From a bacterium (GTDB lineage: Bacteria; Planctomycetota; UBA1135; UBA2386): a DNA stretch of 64,000 nucleotides. Location of the stretch: NCBI GenBank assembly GCA_024743115.1, contig JANSXC010000007.1:59771-123770 (forward strand). Reading direction: 5' to 3'. The position numbers and the translations under genes were made by a program. The notes beneath the pieces were generated by a model, which saw only the letters and a list, made by a program, of their open reading frames with translations, was not told where the DNA came from and did not search any database. Of this stretch, positions 51,012 through 59,304 are shown in pieces (within the stretch, counting starts at the first letter, position 1; every line of letters starts with the position of its first letter).

Positions 51012-51572
51012 ATGGCGATTCGTGTCACCGAAGCCAAGCGCGGCATGGTCATCCGCCTCGACGGCGAGCTCTACCAGATTGTCAAGTACGAGCACCTCAC
51101 GCCGGGCAACCTGCGGGCCATCCACCACCTCAATCTCAAGAACCTGAAGAACGGCCGCCAGAAAGAAATGCGCTGCAAGACTTCGGACCAGCTCGAGACG
51201 GTGTTCCTCGACTCACGCGAAGCGCAGTACTTGTTCAAGGACTCGCTGGGTTACACGTTCATGGACAACGAGAACTACGAGCAGTTCGTGCTGAATGCCG
51301 AAGTGTGCGGCGACGCGATGCTCTACATCTCGGAGAACGACTCGGCGACCGTCGTGTTCGTCGAGGGCGAGGCGCTCACGGTCCAGCTGCCGGCGTCCGT
51401 GGAGCTCGAGGTCGTCGATACCGAGCCCTCGGCCCGCGGTGACACGGTGAGCAACGTGCAGAAGCCGGCCAAGCTCAACACCGGTCTCGAGATCAAGGTC
51501 CCGTCGCACATCAAGAACGGCGACAAGGTCAAGATCAACACCGAGACCGGCGACTTCATCAGCCGCGCCTAG
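51012..51572 (+). CDS. efp: Elongation factor P (non-canonical loop tip)
   Basis: MAIRVTEAKRGMVIRLDGELYQIVKYEHLTPGNLRAI... 186 aa. Domain III ARGDTVSNVQKPAKLNTGLEIKVP. It lies inside track ORF 50691..51572. Confidence 0.9.
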   Translation: MAIRVTEAKRGMVIRLDGELYQIVKYEHLTPGNLRAIHHLNLKNLKNGRQKEMRCKTSDQLETVFLDSREAQYLFKDSLGYTFMDNENYEQFVLNAEVCGDAMLYISENDSATVVFVEGEALTVQLPASVELEVVDTEPSARGDTVSNVQKPAKLNTGLEIKVPSHIKNGDKVKINTETGDFISRA

Positions 51573-51578
51573 CGGCGA

Positions 51579-52781
51579 TCAGTCGGCGCTTCGGTCGGCG
51601 GTGCCGAGCAGGCGCCGCAACAGCTCGGCGCGACCGCGACCGGTCTCCCGACAGAGCCGCCGCACCTCGTCGTCCTCGGGCCTGGCCAGGATCGCACCGC
51701 TCGGTAACCGCGCGCACTTGTAGCGCACCGATCCGTATGCGGTCTCGCGCTGTTCCTGCCAGCGCTCGAGCACGGTGCGCTCGAGCCGCGTCCGCCGCAC
51801 GCCGAGACTCGTCGACTCCTCGAGCAGCAGTTCCTCGAGCAGCGACGCGCGCGCTTCGTCCGCATGGACCGTGAGCAGCAGGCCGGGCCGCCCCTTCTTC
51901 ATCTGGATCGCGCTCGCGAATGCATCGATCGCACCGCGCGAATGCAGTTCGTCGAGCAACCAGCCGACGAGTTCGCCGCCCGCGGTATCGAGGTGGCACG
52001 ACAACTCGACGATCGCGGTCGCCGAGGTCGCGTCGCGCGACGTGCCGACCGTGAGCCGCAACAGGTTGGGCACCTGCGGATCGTCACGTGTGCCGGCCCC
52101 GTAGCCGATGGCTTCGGGCGTGAAACTCACCGGTTCGTCGAACGCATCGGCGAGCACGCGCAGCAGCGCGGCGCCGGTCGGCGTGGTACGCTCGCCGGCC
52201 AGGCCGCCGACACGCACCGGAATGCCGCGCAGCAGCGCCGCCGTCGCCGGCGCCGGCACGGGCAGGACGCCGTGCGCCGCACCGACCGTTCCCGACCCGA
52301 CCGCGATGCCGTTGGCGACCAGGCGCTCGATGCCGAGCAGGTGTTTCGCGAGGCACGCGCAAACGACATCGACGATCGCGTCGACCGCCCCGACCTCATG
52401 AAAGTGCACGCGCTCCACCGTCGTCGCATGAGCCGCCGCCTCGACCTCCGCGATCGCGCGGTAGACCGCCAGGCAATCGCCCCGCACCGCGGCGGGCAAT
52501 TCGGCGCGCTCGACGATCGCCGTGACCTCGGCCAGCCCGCGATGCTCGTGGTGCGCCGTCGCGGCGGGCGCGTCGGCATCGTGCCCGCCATCCAGCACGC
52601 GGAACCGGGTGCCGGCCAGATGTGCCCGGACCGCGGGCTCCGCGGCAATCGTGACGCCAGGCAGCCCCAGCGACCGGACCGCCGCCTGCAGCGCCGCAAG
52701 ATCCGCCCCGGCGCCGATAGCGGCACCCACCCACATGTCCCCGGCCACTCCGGACCAGCCGTCTAGAACGCCAATTCGCAT
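51579..52781 (-). CDS. larC: LarC-family nickel insertion protein (DUF111)
   Basis: MRIGVLDGWSGVAGDMWVGAAIGAGADL..., HFHEVGAVDAIVDVV and GERTTPTGAALL. Confidence 0.85.
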   Translation of the reverse strand: MRIGVLDGWSGVAGDMWVGAAIGAGADLAALQAAVRSLGLPGVTIAAEPAVRAHLAGTRFRVLDGGHDADAPAATAHHEHRGLAEVTAIVERAELPAAVRGDCLAVYRAIAEVEAAAHATTVERVHFHEVGAVDAIVDVVCACLAKHLLGIERLVANGIAVGSGTVGAAHGVLPVPAPATAALLRGIPVRVGGLAGERTTPTGAALLRVLADAFDEPVSFTPEAIGYGAGTRDDPQVPNLLRLTVGTSRDATSATAIVELSCHLDTAGGELVGWLLDELHSRGAIDAFASAIQMKKGRPGLLLTVHADEARASLLEELLLEESTSLGVRRTRLERTVLERWQEQRETAYGSVRYKCARLPSGAILARPEDDEVRRLCRETGRGRAELLRRLLGTADRSAD

Positions 52782-52826
52782 CGGGAGGAATCAAATCAGG
52801 ACGATTGCCCCCCCGCAAACGGTGCG

Positions 52827-54566
52827 ATGGAACGGGCTTTGCAACGCTTCACCCGGCGACGCGTTGCTCCCGACGTCGCCGCGAACGTCAAATCGCGAAA
52901 AGTGCCGCACTTCTGCCATATCGTGGGACCTGGAGCCAAACCCGTGTTCAGCCACAGCCAACGCCAGACCCCGCCCCGCCGCTCGCCGAACGGTGAAGTG
53001 CGCGAGGTCGCACGCTTCGACGCGCCAAACGGCACGCGTTCGGGCGCGGCAACGGGCTCCTCGTGGCGCGCTTTCGCCCACCGAACCGGCCAATACGGAA
53101 TCGGCCCCAAAAGAATCGGCGTCGCGGCGCTGGGGTTCGCCCTGACCGCCCTCGCCGGCCTCGGCACCAACGCGGTCGCCCAGGCCCCGATTCCGGGCGC
53201 CTCCCAGATCGATGCGGTCCACCGCCTCGTGGCCAACGACACCGCGAGATGGCTGCATCACGAAGATCCGATCGTGCGCGGCGAGGCGGCCCTCGTGGTG
53301 GCGACGGCGAGCCGGGTGCACCACCACCGGCGACTCCTCGAGATCGCCCGCGACCGCCATCCCGAAGCCCGTCGCCGCGGCCTGCTCGCGCTCGGGTTCC
53401 AGGCCACGGCCGGGGTTGCGATCGAGCTCGAGGAGATCCTCGCCAGCCAGAGCCGGCGCACCGAGCTCGACGGCCTGTGCGCCGCGTTCGCGCTCGGCAG
53501 CCTGCCGCCGGAACACGCGCCCGGCGTGACGTCGCGCGTTCTCACGAGCTTTGCCGACTCCAACTGGAAGCGCCAGGGCCCCGTGCTGACCGCAATGCTC
53601 TGCGGCCTCGCGCGCCACGAGGACCACGGCCAGGGCGCAGCGCTCGAGCAACTCTTCGACGTTCGCGCCAACCGCGACCCCGAGCTCCGCGCATTGTTGC
53701 TGGAGCTGATCCTCGCGACCAGCACGCCGGATCAGGAAACCACCCTCGAACGACTCGACCAGTCCTCGACGGCCGAACGACTCGCGCTGCTGCGCTGGCT
53801 CGCTTCGACGACGACGAAGTTCGACGCGGCGCTGGTCAAGCCAATCGCCCGCATCCAACGCAAAGCGCCGCAGGCCGAGGTCCGCGCCGCGGCGCTGGCC
53901 GTCCTCAGCCGCCTGCGCCACCCGCCCGCGATCGAACTCGCCGTGAGCGCGCTGCGCTCGCGCCACGCGGTCGAGGTCGAACAGGGCATGCGTTCGGCGC
54001 TGTCGATCGGCGGCTCGAGCATGCGCCTGGCACTCGATCGCCACGTTCGCGAAACCGAGTCGCCGCGCCTCAAGGCCGCGATGCTGCGGTCGTGGGCCGC
54101 CCCGCCGACCCGAGAACTGCTCGATCAGTGCGCCAAGCTGGCAACCGATCGCGAGCAGCCGCTCGAGCTGCGGGTCGCCGCCGCGACCACGCTGTCGCGC
54201 GCGGACCAGCGCCGCGCCAGTCCCGTGCTGCGCGATCTCGTCCGCAGCACCAACCAGAACGACTACCTGCGCACGTTGTCACGCACGCTGGTCGCGCACG
54301 CTTCGCCACTGCCGCCGCTGTCGCGCCTGTTGCCCGAGCCGGCCGCGCTGACCGGCCTCGGTGGCCACTGGTGCGCTCTGCTCGCGGCCTCCCACCCCGA
54401 AGCCATGCGCCGCCTGCTGCAGACGCTGGCCAACCCGAAGACCGAGACCGCCGCGCTACAGACGGCGCTGGTCGCGTGGCGACGCGCGATGGTGCTGGAC
54501 CAGCTACCGGCTGGCGGCAGCAACCTGCCCGCGCCACTGCGCGAACTGCTGCTGCCGCGGCTCTGA
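52827..54566 (+). CDS. Secreted HEAT/ARM-like helical repeat protein
   Basis: Leu/Ala-rich helical repeats (HEDPIVRGEAALVVA, DRHPEARRRGLLALG, LELRVAAATTL). The hydrophobic signal-like segment IGVAALGFALTALAGLGTNAVAQA lies about 95 aa after the track ATG. The alternative in-frame GTG is at 52998, so the start is uncertain. Confidence 0.6.
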   Translation: MERALQRFTRRRVAPDVAANVKSRKVPHFCHIVGPGAKPVFSHSQRQTPPRRSPNGEVREVARFDAPNGTRSGAATGSSWRAFAHRTGQYGIGPKRIGVAALGFALTALAGLGTNAVAQAPIPGASQIDAVHRLVANDTARWLHHEDPIVRGEAALVVATASRVHHHRRLLEIARDRHPEARRRGLLALGFQATAGVAIELEEILASQSRRTELDGLCAAFALGSLPPEHAPGVTSRVLTSFADSNWKRQGPVLTAMLCGLARHEDHGQGAALEQLFDVRANRDPELRALLLELILATSTPDQETTLERLDQSSTAERLALLRWLASTTTKFDAALVKPIARIQRKAPQAEVRAAALAVLSRLRHPPAIELAVSALRSRHAVEVEQGMRSALSIGGSSMRLALDRHVRETESPRLKAAMLRSWAAPPTRELLDQCAKLATDREQPLELRVAAATTLSRADQRRASPVLRDLVRSTNQNDYLRTLSRTLVAHASPLPPLSRLLPEPAALTGLGGHWCALLAASHPEAMRRLLQTLANPKTETAALQTALVAWRRAMVLDQLPAGGSNLPAPLRELLLPRL

Positions 54567-54604
54567 GTCGAACGCCGAAGGCCGCGAAGGCCCTCGGATG
54601 CGGC

Positions 54605-55345
54605 TCAGCTCTTCTTACGCGTCGTCTTCTTCGCCGGAGACTTCGGCGACCGCGCCGACCCCTTCTTGGCGACCTTCTTGGCCGTCTTCTTCACCGTCTT
54701 CTTCGCCGGCGTCGAGCGGGTGGCGCGAGGCTTGGCGGCGGGTTTGCGGCGCACGGGCGCCGTGCCCGGCGCCGCCCCATCGGCTTCCGCTTCGGCTTCG
54801 AGTTCGGCAGGTCGAGCCTCGGCAAGGCGGGCTTCGACGATTCGCGGCTCGGCAGCAGCAGCCGCCGACCGTTCAGCGTCCGAAGCCACCTCCTCGTCCA
54901 CCACCGAACGCGGCGCACCGATCGCCGCGAGCGTGCGGATCACGGCTGTCGGGTCCACGGCGACGGGCCGCGCGTGCGAGGCCCGCACCAGATCGTTGGT
55001 GCCGACCATGCCGACGAGTTCGCCAGCGGAGTTCACCACGGGCAACCGGTGCACGCGCAGTTCCTGCATCGTGCGCATCACGTCGGTGACGGGATCGTCG
55101 GGCCGACAGGTCGCCACCGCGCGCGACATGACCGCAGCGACCGGGATCTCGCTGAGCGCGCAACCCTGCGTGTAGGCCGCCATGCAGAGATCGCGGTCGG
55201 TCACGACTCCGACCAGCGTGCCCGCCGCATCGACTACGGGCGCGATGCCGCAGTCATGGTCCCACAGCACCCGAGCGGCCCCGTCGAGGCCCTCGATCAC
55301 ACGCACCGCGCGCGGTGCCGTGCTCATGATTTCGATAGTTTTCAT
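54605..55345 (-). CDS. CBS-pair domain protein with a C-terminal histone-H1-like Lys/Ala/Pro-rich tail
   Basis: CBS features: IMSTAPRAVRV..., GIAPVVDAAGTLVGVVTDRDL and HRLPVVNSAGELVGMVGTNDL. Tail: RRKPAAKPRATRSTPAKKTVKKTAKKVAKKGSARSPKSPAKKTTRKKS. Confidence 0.8.
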   Translation of the reverse strand: MKTIEIMSTAPRAVRVIEGLDGAARVLWDHDCGIAPVVDAAGTLVGVVTDRDLCMAAYTQGCALSEIPVAAVMSRAVATCRPDDPVTDVMRTMQELRVHRLPVVNSAGELVGMVGTNDLVRASHARPVAVDPTAVIRTLAAIGAPRSVVDEEVASDAERSAAAAAEPRIVEARLAEARPAELEAEAEADGAAPGTAPVRRKPAAKPRATRSTPAKKTVKKTAKKVAKKGSARSPKSPAKKTTRKKS

Positions 55346-55425
55346 ACTCGCGATGCTCGCCGCGATGGCGGCCGGACGCGAGTGAAAGTTCGACCGGCCG
55401 GGAAGCCCCGGCCGACTGTGTCCGA

Positions 55426-56409
55426 TCAGGCGAGCCGGCCGACGGCCTCCTCGACGTCGCCCTTGCTGCCGAGGAACAGCGGCGTCCGCTGGTGCAGCTC
55501 GGTCGGCACGATGTCGAGGATCGGCTGTTTGCCGTCGCTACCGAGGCCACCGGCCTTCTCGCAGAGGAACGTCAGCGGCGCGTTCTCGTAGAGCAGGCGC
55601 AGCTTGCCCTGCGGCTTCTTGGCCTCGCCCGGATACATGTAGATGCCGCCCTTCAGCAGCGTGCGATGGAAGTCGCCGACGAGCGCACCCGAGTAGCGCG
55701 CGGCGCGCTTGCCGACCGCGGTCTCCTGCCGGCGGAATGCGGCGACCATGGCACGCGTCTTGTCGTCCCACTTGCCTTCGTTGGCCTCGTTGATCGCATA
55801 CGCCCCCGACTGCTCCGGGATGCGGATATCCGGATGCGTGAGGAAGAACGTGCCGATCGAACGATCGAGCGTGAAGCCGTTGACCGGCCCGCCCGCCGAG
55901 TAGACCAGCATCGTGCACGGGCCGTAGAGCACGTAACCCGCGGCGACGAGGTTGCGGCCCGGCTGCAGGAAGTCGTCGAGCGTCGGCTTGCCGGTCGTGC
56001 TCCGCCGATAGATACCGAAGATCGTGCCCATCTGACCGGCAACGTCGACGTTGCCCGAGCCGTCGAGCGGGTCCGTGGCAATCACGTATTTGCCCTGCTC
56101 GCCGTCCTTCGAGATCCAGACGTCCTCCATCTCCTCACTCGCGATGCCCGCGACCATCGGAATGGACTCGAACGCCTCGAGCACCGCATCGTTGCTGATG
56201 ATGTCGAGCGCCCGCACGTCCTCGTCCTGCACGTTGGTCGTGCCGGTGTAGCCGAGCTTGCCGACGAAGCCGGCGCGCATGATCTCGCTCGCGAGCATGC
56301 GCCCGACGAGACTGAAGCGGTTGAGAACGGTCGACAGACCGCCGGTGGCTTGGGCGTCGGCCTGATCGCGGAAGAACTGTTCGCTGAGAGTGAGGCGGCT
56401 GGTACTCAT
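55426..56409 (-). CDS. fbp: Class 1 fructose-1,6-bisphosphatase
   Basis: Start reset to ATG 56409 (MSTSRLTLSEQFF). IATDPLDGSGNVD, GYVLYGPCTMLV, GGIYMYPG and KLRLLYENAPLTFLCEKAGG. Confidence 0.9.
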   Translation of the reverse strand: MSTSRLTLSEQFFRDQADAQATGGLSTVLNRFSLVGRMLASEIMRAGFVGKLGYTGTTNVQDEDVRALDIISNDAVLEAFESIPMVAGIASEEMEDVWISKDGEQGKYVIATDPLDGSGNVDVAGQMGTIFGIYRRSTTGKPTLDDFLQPGRNLVAAGYVLYGPCTMLVYSAGGPVNGFTLDRSIGTFFLTHPDIRIPEQSGAYAINEANEGKWDDKTRAMVAAFRRQETAVGKRAARYSGALVGDFHRTLLKGGIYMYPGEAKKPQGKLRLLYENAPLTFLCEKAGGLGSDGKQPILDIVPTELHQRTPLFLGSKGDVEEAVGRLA

Positions 56410-56470
56410 GGCGTTCGAGGACGGAGGGAGCGTCGATCGGAACCGCGATTGGAGCGCCGAGGCGGCACGG

Positions 56471-58342
56471 TCACAACCTTGGCAGCTGCAATAGCACGTC
56501 GGGCCGGCCACGCACGAACAACCGCCCCGTGCCATGGTGTTCTGCCGGCACGAACAGCACGACGTGCGTCGTCCGCTCGACGGCGGCGAGCAGCACACGG
56601 CGGCCGTCGGCCTGTTCGATCTCGAGCGTTTCGTCGGCCCCCGCGGGCCACCAGACCGCGCGACCGCCCCGCACCGGCCCGAGATCACGCGGTGCGAGAG
56701 GCAAGTCCGGCAGCCGACCGCGTCGCGCCCGCCAGTAACAGCGGAAGTCCGGGTGGCCCGGGGTGACGAAGCGCGCGAGTTCGACGAGATCCCGCGCCGG
56801 GTCGAACGCCGCGCCAAACCATCGCCCGTTCGCGTGCGGCAACGCGGGGTCGAGCGCGAACTGGCGTGGACTGTCGACGAGGAACCGGACCTCGAGCTCG
56901 TCCAGCGCGGCGTCGAGCCGGCGTTCCTGCAGCGCGGCGAGCGCCGCAGGGTGGACGACGCCGTCGAGGTTCACGATCCCGCGCCGTGCCGGGGAATCAC
57001 CCCGCAGCACATCAGCCTGAAACGTCACGAGTCCCGAGTTGAAGCAGCCGACCCGTTCGCCGGCGGGTACGACCCGCGCGAGGAACCGCCCCGCGAGCGC
57101 CATCGCGCGCTGCCCCACGAGCGGCTCCGGGGCGACGGTGGGCAGGGTCAGCCACTGCAACATTAGAAACGCGGGCAACAGCCAGCCCAGCCGCCCGTAT
57201 CGAAGCACGACGATCACTGGCAGGATCGCGAGCGGCGCCGCGTAGTAGTCGCGCGGATACCAGCGCACGGCCCAGTGCAGCGCGAGCATCGCGAACGCCG
57301 CGAGCGCGAGCGGCCACCACGCTGCAGGCGCGCGACGACGAGCCGCGGGTCGGGGCCAGAGCAGCAGCCAGCCTGCCATGACGAGCGGCACGAGCAGGTC
57401 GCTCGCACCGAGCCCCCAGGCAAGAGCGACTGCGGCGAGCGGCACCCACCGCAACGTCCGCGGACAGTGCGGTCGCGCGAGTGCGCCGAGGAACACGCCA
57501 CCGAGCGCGCCGGCCGCGAGGTGCCATGGTCCGCCGCACAACACCGGCCGCGCGTACCACCATGCCGTCGCCAGCGTCTCACCCGCGGCCGGTTCGGTCG
57601 CGGCATGATTGGCGTGGAACAGCCAGGCCATCGGCGCCCCCGAATCCGGCAGCGGACCGCCTCCGAGCAGCAGGTTCCAGGCGACGAAGCAGCCGGCAAT
57701 CGCCGCCGCGGTGACGCCCGCACGACGCGCGGACTCGCGACCGTTCTGCACGCGCCAGAGGAGGAGCAGCAACCCGAACGCCAACAGGTCCGTGCGGGCC
57801 GACGTGGCGAGCAGCAGCAGGATCGCGAACGGTAACGCCGCCGAGCGCCGCGCCTGCCACAAGCCGACGAGCAACAGCGCGGCGAGCGCGGTCTCCTGGC
57901 CATTCTGGCACTCGCGGAGCAGCAGCGGATTACCGAGCCAGAGCAGGGCCGCGACGTAGCGCGCCGCAGCACCGGAACGGCCGCCACCGCCGCCGCGCAG
58001 GGCGAGCAGCGCGGCGGCGAGCAAGTGGCAACCGCAACCGAGCCACGGCGCGACGGCCGGCAACGCCGCCGCGCCGCCAATCCACGCGACGGGCACGAGC
58101 AGCAGCGACCACAGCAACTGCACGCCGCTCGTCGTCACGCCGTCGCTCACCACCGGGCCGCGTCCGGCCGCCAGGTTCGCGGCCCAGGCGAACTCGTAGA
58201 ACGCGTCGTCGCGCAGCCGATCGGTCTCGTCGGGCGCCAGAGCAATACCGTTCACCAGGCCGGTGACCGCGAACGCGACCGCCCCGAGCACCGCGACGAT
58301 GCCGAGTGCGGCGCGTGCCGAGCCTCGAGCGCGGCCGTTCAT
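56471..58342 (-). CDS. Polytopic membrane protein with C-terminal soluble domain (GT-C / ArnT-PMT-like glycosyltransferase candidate)
   Basis: ATG 58342 (MNGRARGSARAALGIVAVLGAVAFAV) overlaps the upstream stop (ATGA). About 10-12 hydrophobic helices are followed by roughly 190 soluble residues. The track fuses it with the upstream gene into a 911-aa ORF. The functional call is weak. Confidence 0.55.
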   Translation of the reverse strand: MNGRARGSARAALGIVAVLGAVAFAVTGLVNGIALAPDETDRLRDDAFYEFAWAANLAAGRGPVVSDGVTTSGVQLLWSLLLVPVAWIGGAAALPAVAPWLGCGCHLLAAALLALRGGGGGRSGAAARYVAALLWLGNPLLLRECQNGQETALAALLLVGLWQARRSAALPFAILLLLATSARTDLLAFGLLLLLWRVQNGRESARRAGVTAAAIAGCFVAWNLLLGGGPLPDSGAPMAWLFHANHAATEPAAGETLATAWWYARPVLCGGPWHLAAGALGGVFLGALARPHCPRTLRWVPLAAVALAWGLGASDLLVPLVMAGWLLLWPRPAARRRAPAAWWPLALAAFAMLALHWAVRWYPRDYYAAPLAILPVIVVLRYGRLGWLLPAFLMLQWLTLPTVAPEPLVGQRAMALAGRFLARVVPAGERVGCFNSGLVTFQADVLRGDSPARRGIVNLDGVVHPAALAALQERRLDAALDELEVRFLVDSPRQFALDPALPHANGRWFGAAFDPARDLVELARFVTPGHPDFRCYWRARRGRLPDLPLAPRDLGPVRGGRAVWWPAGADETLEIEQADGRRVLLAAVERTTHVVLFVPAEHHGTGRLFVRGRPDVLLQLPRL

Positions 58343-59196
58343 TCGCCGCGCAAGAATCTGCCGATGCGCTGGCCGAGCGCGGTATCGGGCAGCAGCGGCA
58401 GGTCGTTGTGACCGACGCCGGGCACCCGCACGAACTCGGTCGGACCCGCGAGCGCACCGGCGAGCTGCTCGCCGAGTTCGAGCGGCACGATGCGATCCTG
58501 CTCGCCATGCACCACGAGCGCCGGGCAGCGGACGTCGTCCGCGACCGCGAGACTGTCGAACCGGTGTCGTAAGAACAACCCGACGGGCACGAACCAGAAC
58601 CGCGAACGCGCCGCCGCGGCCAACGTCGACGGCGGCGCGGCCAGGAACAGGCGCGCGACGACCGGCGCGGTCTCGGCCGCTGTCCCAGCTGAACTCGATG
58701 ACGCAACGGCGTTCGACTGCGCCGCGACGTGCGCCGCGCAGAACGTGCCGAGCGAGATGCCGCCGGCGACCAACGGCACGTCGTGCTGCCCCGCGAGCGC
58801 CGCCGCGTGCAACGCGGTCACCCGGGCACACTCGTGCAGCGCGTCGACCCCCGGACGCCCCGCGCTGCCGCCATACCCCGGATACTCCGGCACCACGACC
58901 GCGACGCCGTGCCGCGCGAACCCGGCGGCCCGCCAGGTCGCGCTCACGAGGTCTTCGCCGTTGCCGACGAAGAACACCAAAACCGCGCGCGGGTTCGCCG
59001 GCACGGACTCCGCGACCCGGAACGGTCCCCCGGCGCCCTGCAACGTGAAGTGCCGGACGCCGGCAACCTGGATCGGTCGCACGCCGTGGCGCGCCCCCGG
59101 GAACACCAGCGCGTCCTGAGCCAGCCACAACAGCACCACGAGCCCGAGCCAACTCGCGGCAACCACGCTGAGAACGATCAACACCCGACGACGCAT
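58339..59196 (-). CDS. Membrane-anchored alpha/beta hydrolase
   Basis: MRRRVLIVLSVVAASWLGLVVLLWLA. Triad elements are GGISLG (GxSxG), VHGEQDRIVP (Asp) and GVGHNDL (His). Confidence 0.8.
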   Translation of the reverse strand: MRRRVLIVLSVVAASWLGLVVLLWLAQDALVFPGARHGVRPIQVAGVRHFTLQGAGGPFRVAESVPANPRAVLVFFVGNGEDLVSATWRAAGFARHGVAVVVPEYPGYGGSAGRPGVDALHECARVTALHAAALAGQHDVPLVAGGISLGTFCAAHVAAQSNAVASSSSAGTAAETAPVVARLFLAAPPSTLAAAARSRFWFVPVGLFLRHRFDSLAVADDVRCPALVVHGEQDRIVPLELGEQLAGALAGPTEFVRVPGVGHNDLPLLPDTALGQRIGRFLRGE

Positions 59197-59304
59197 CTTG
59201 CGCCAACGGACGTTAGCAGGCCCCGGATTAATCCGCGAATGCGCTGCAATCGCGAATCAGCCCGAATGCGAATCCGGTCAGCCGCCGCCCTGCGGCCGAT
59301 GCCT

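Noticed and set aside
56471-59206. Track ORF of 911 aa as a single gene.
   Set aside because: The N-terminal third is shadow sequence in a different frame from the convincing alpha/beta-hydrolase ORF 58339..59196. The membrane protein starts at ATG 58342, overlapping that gene's stop.
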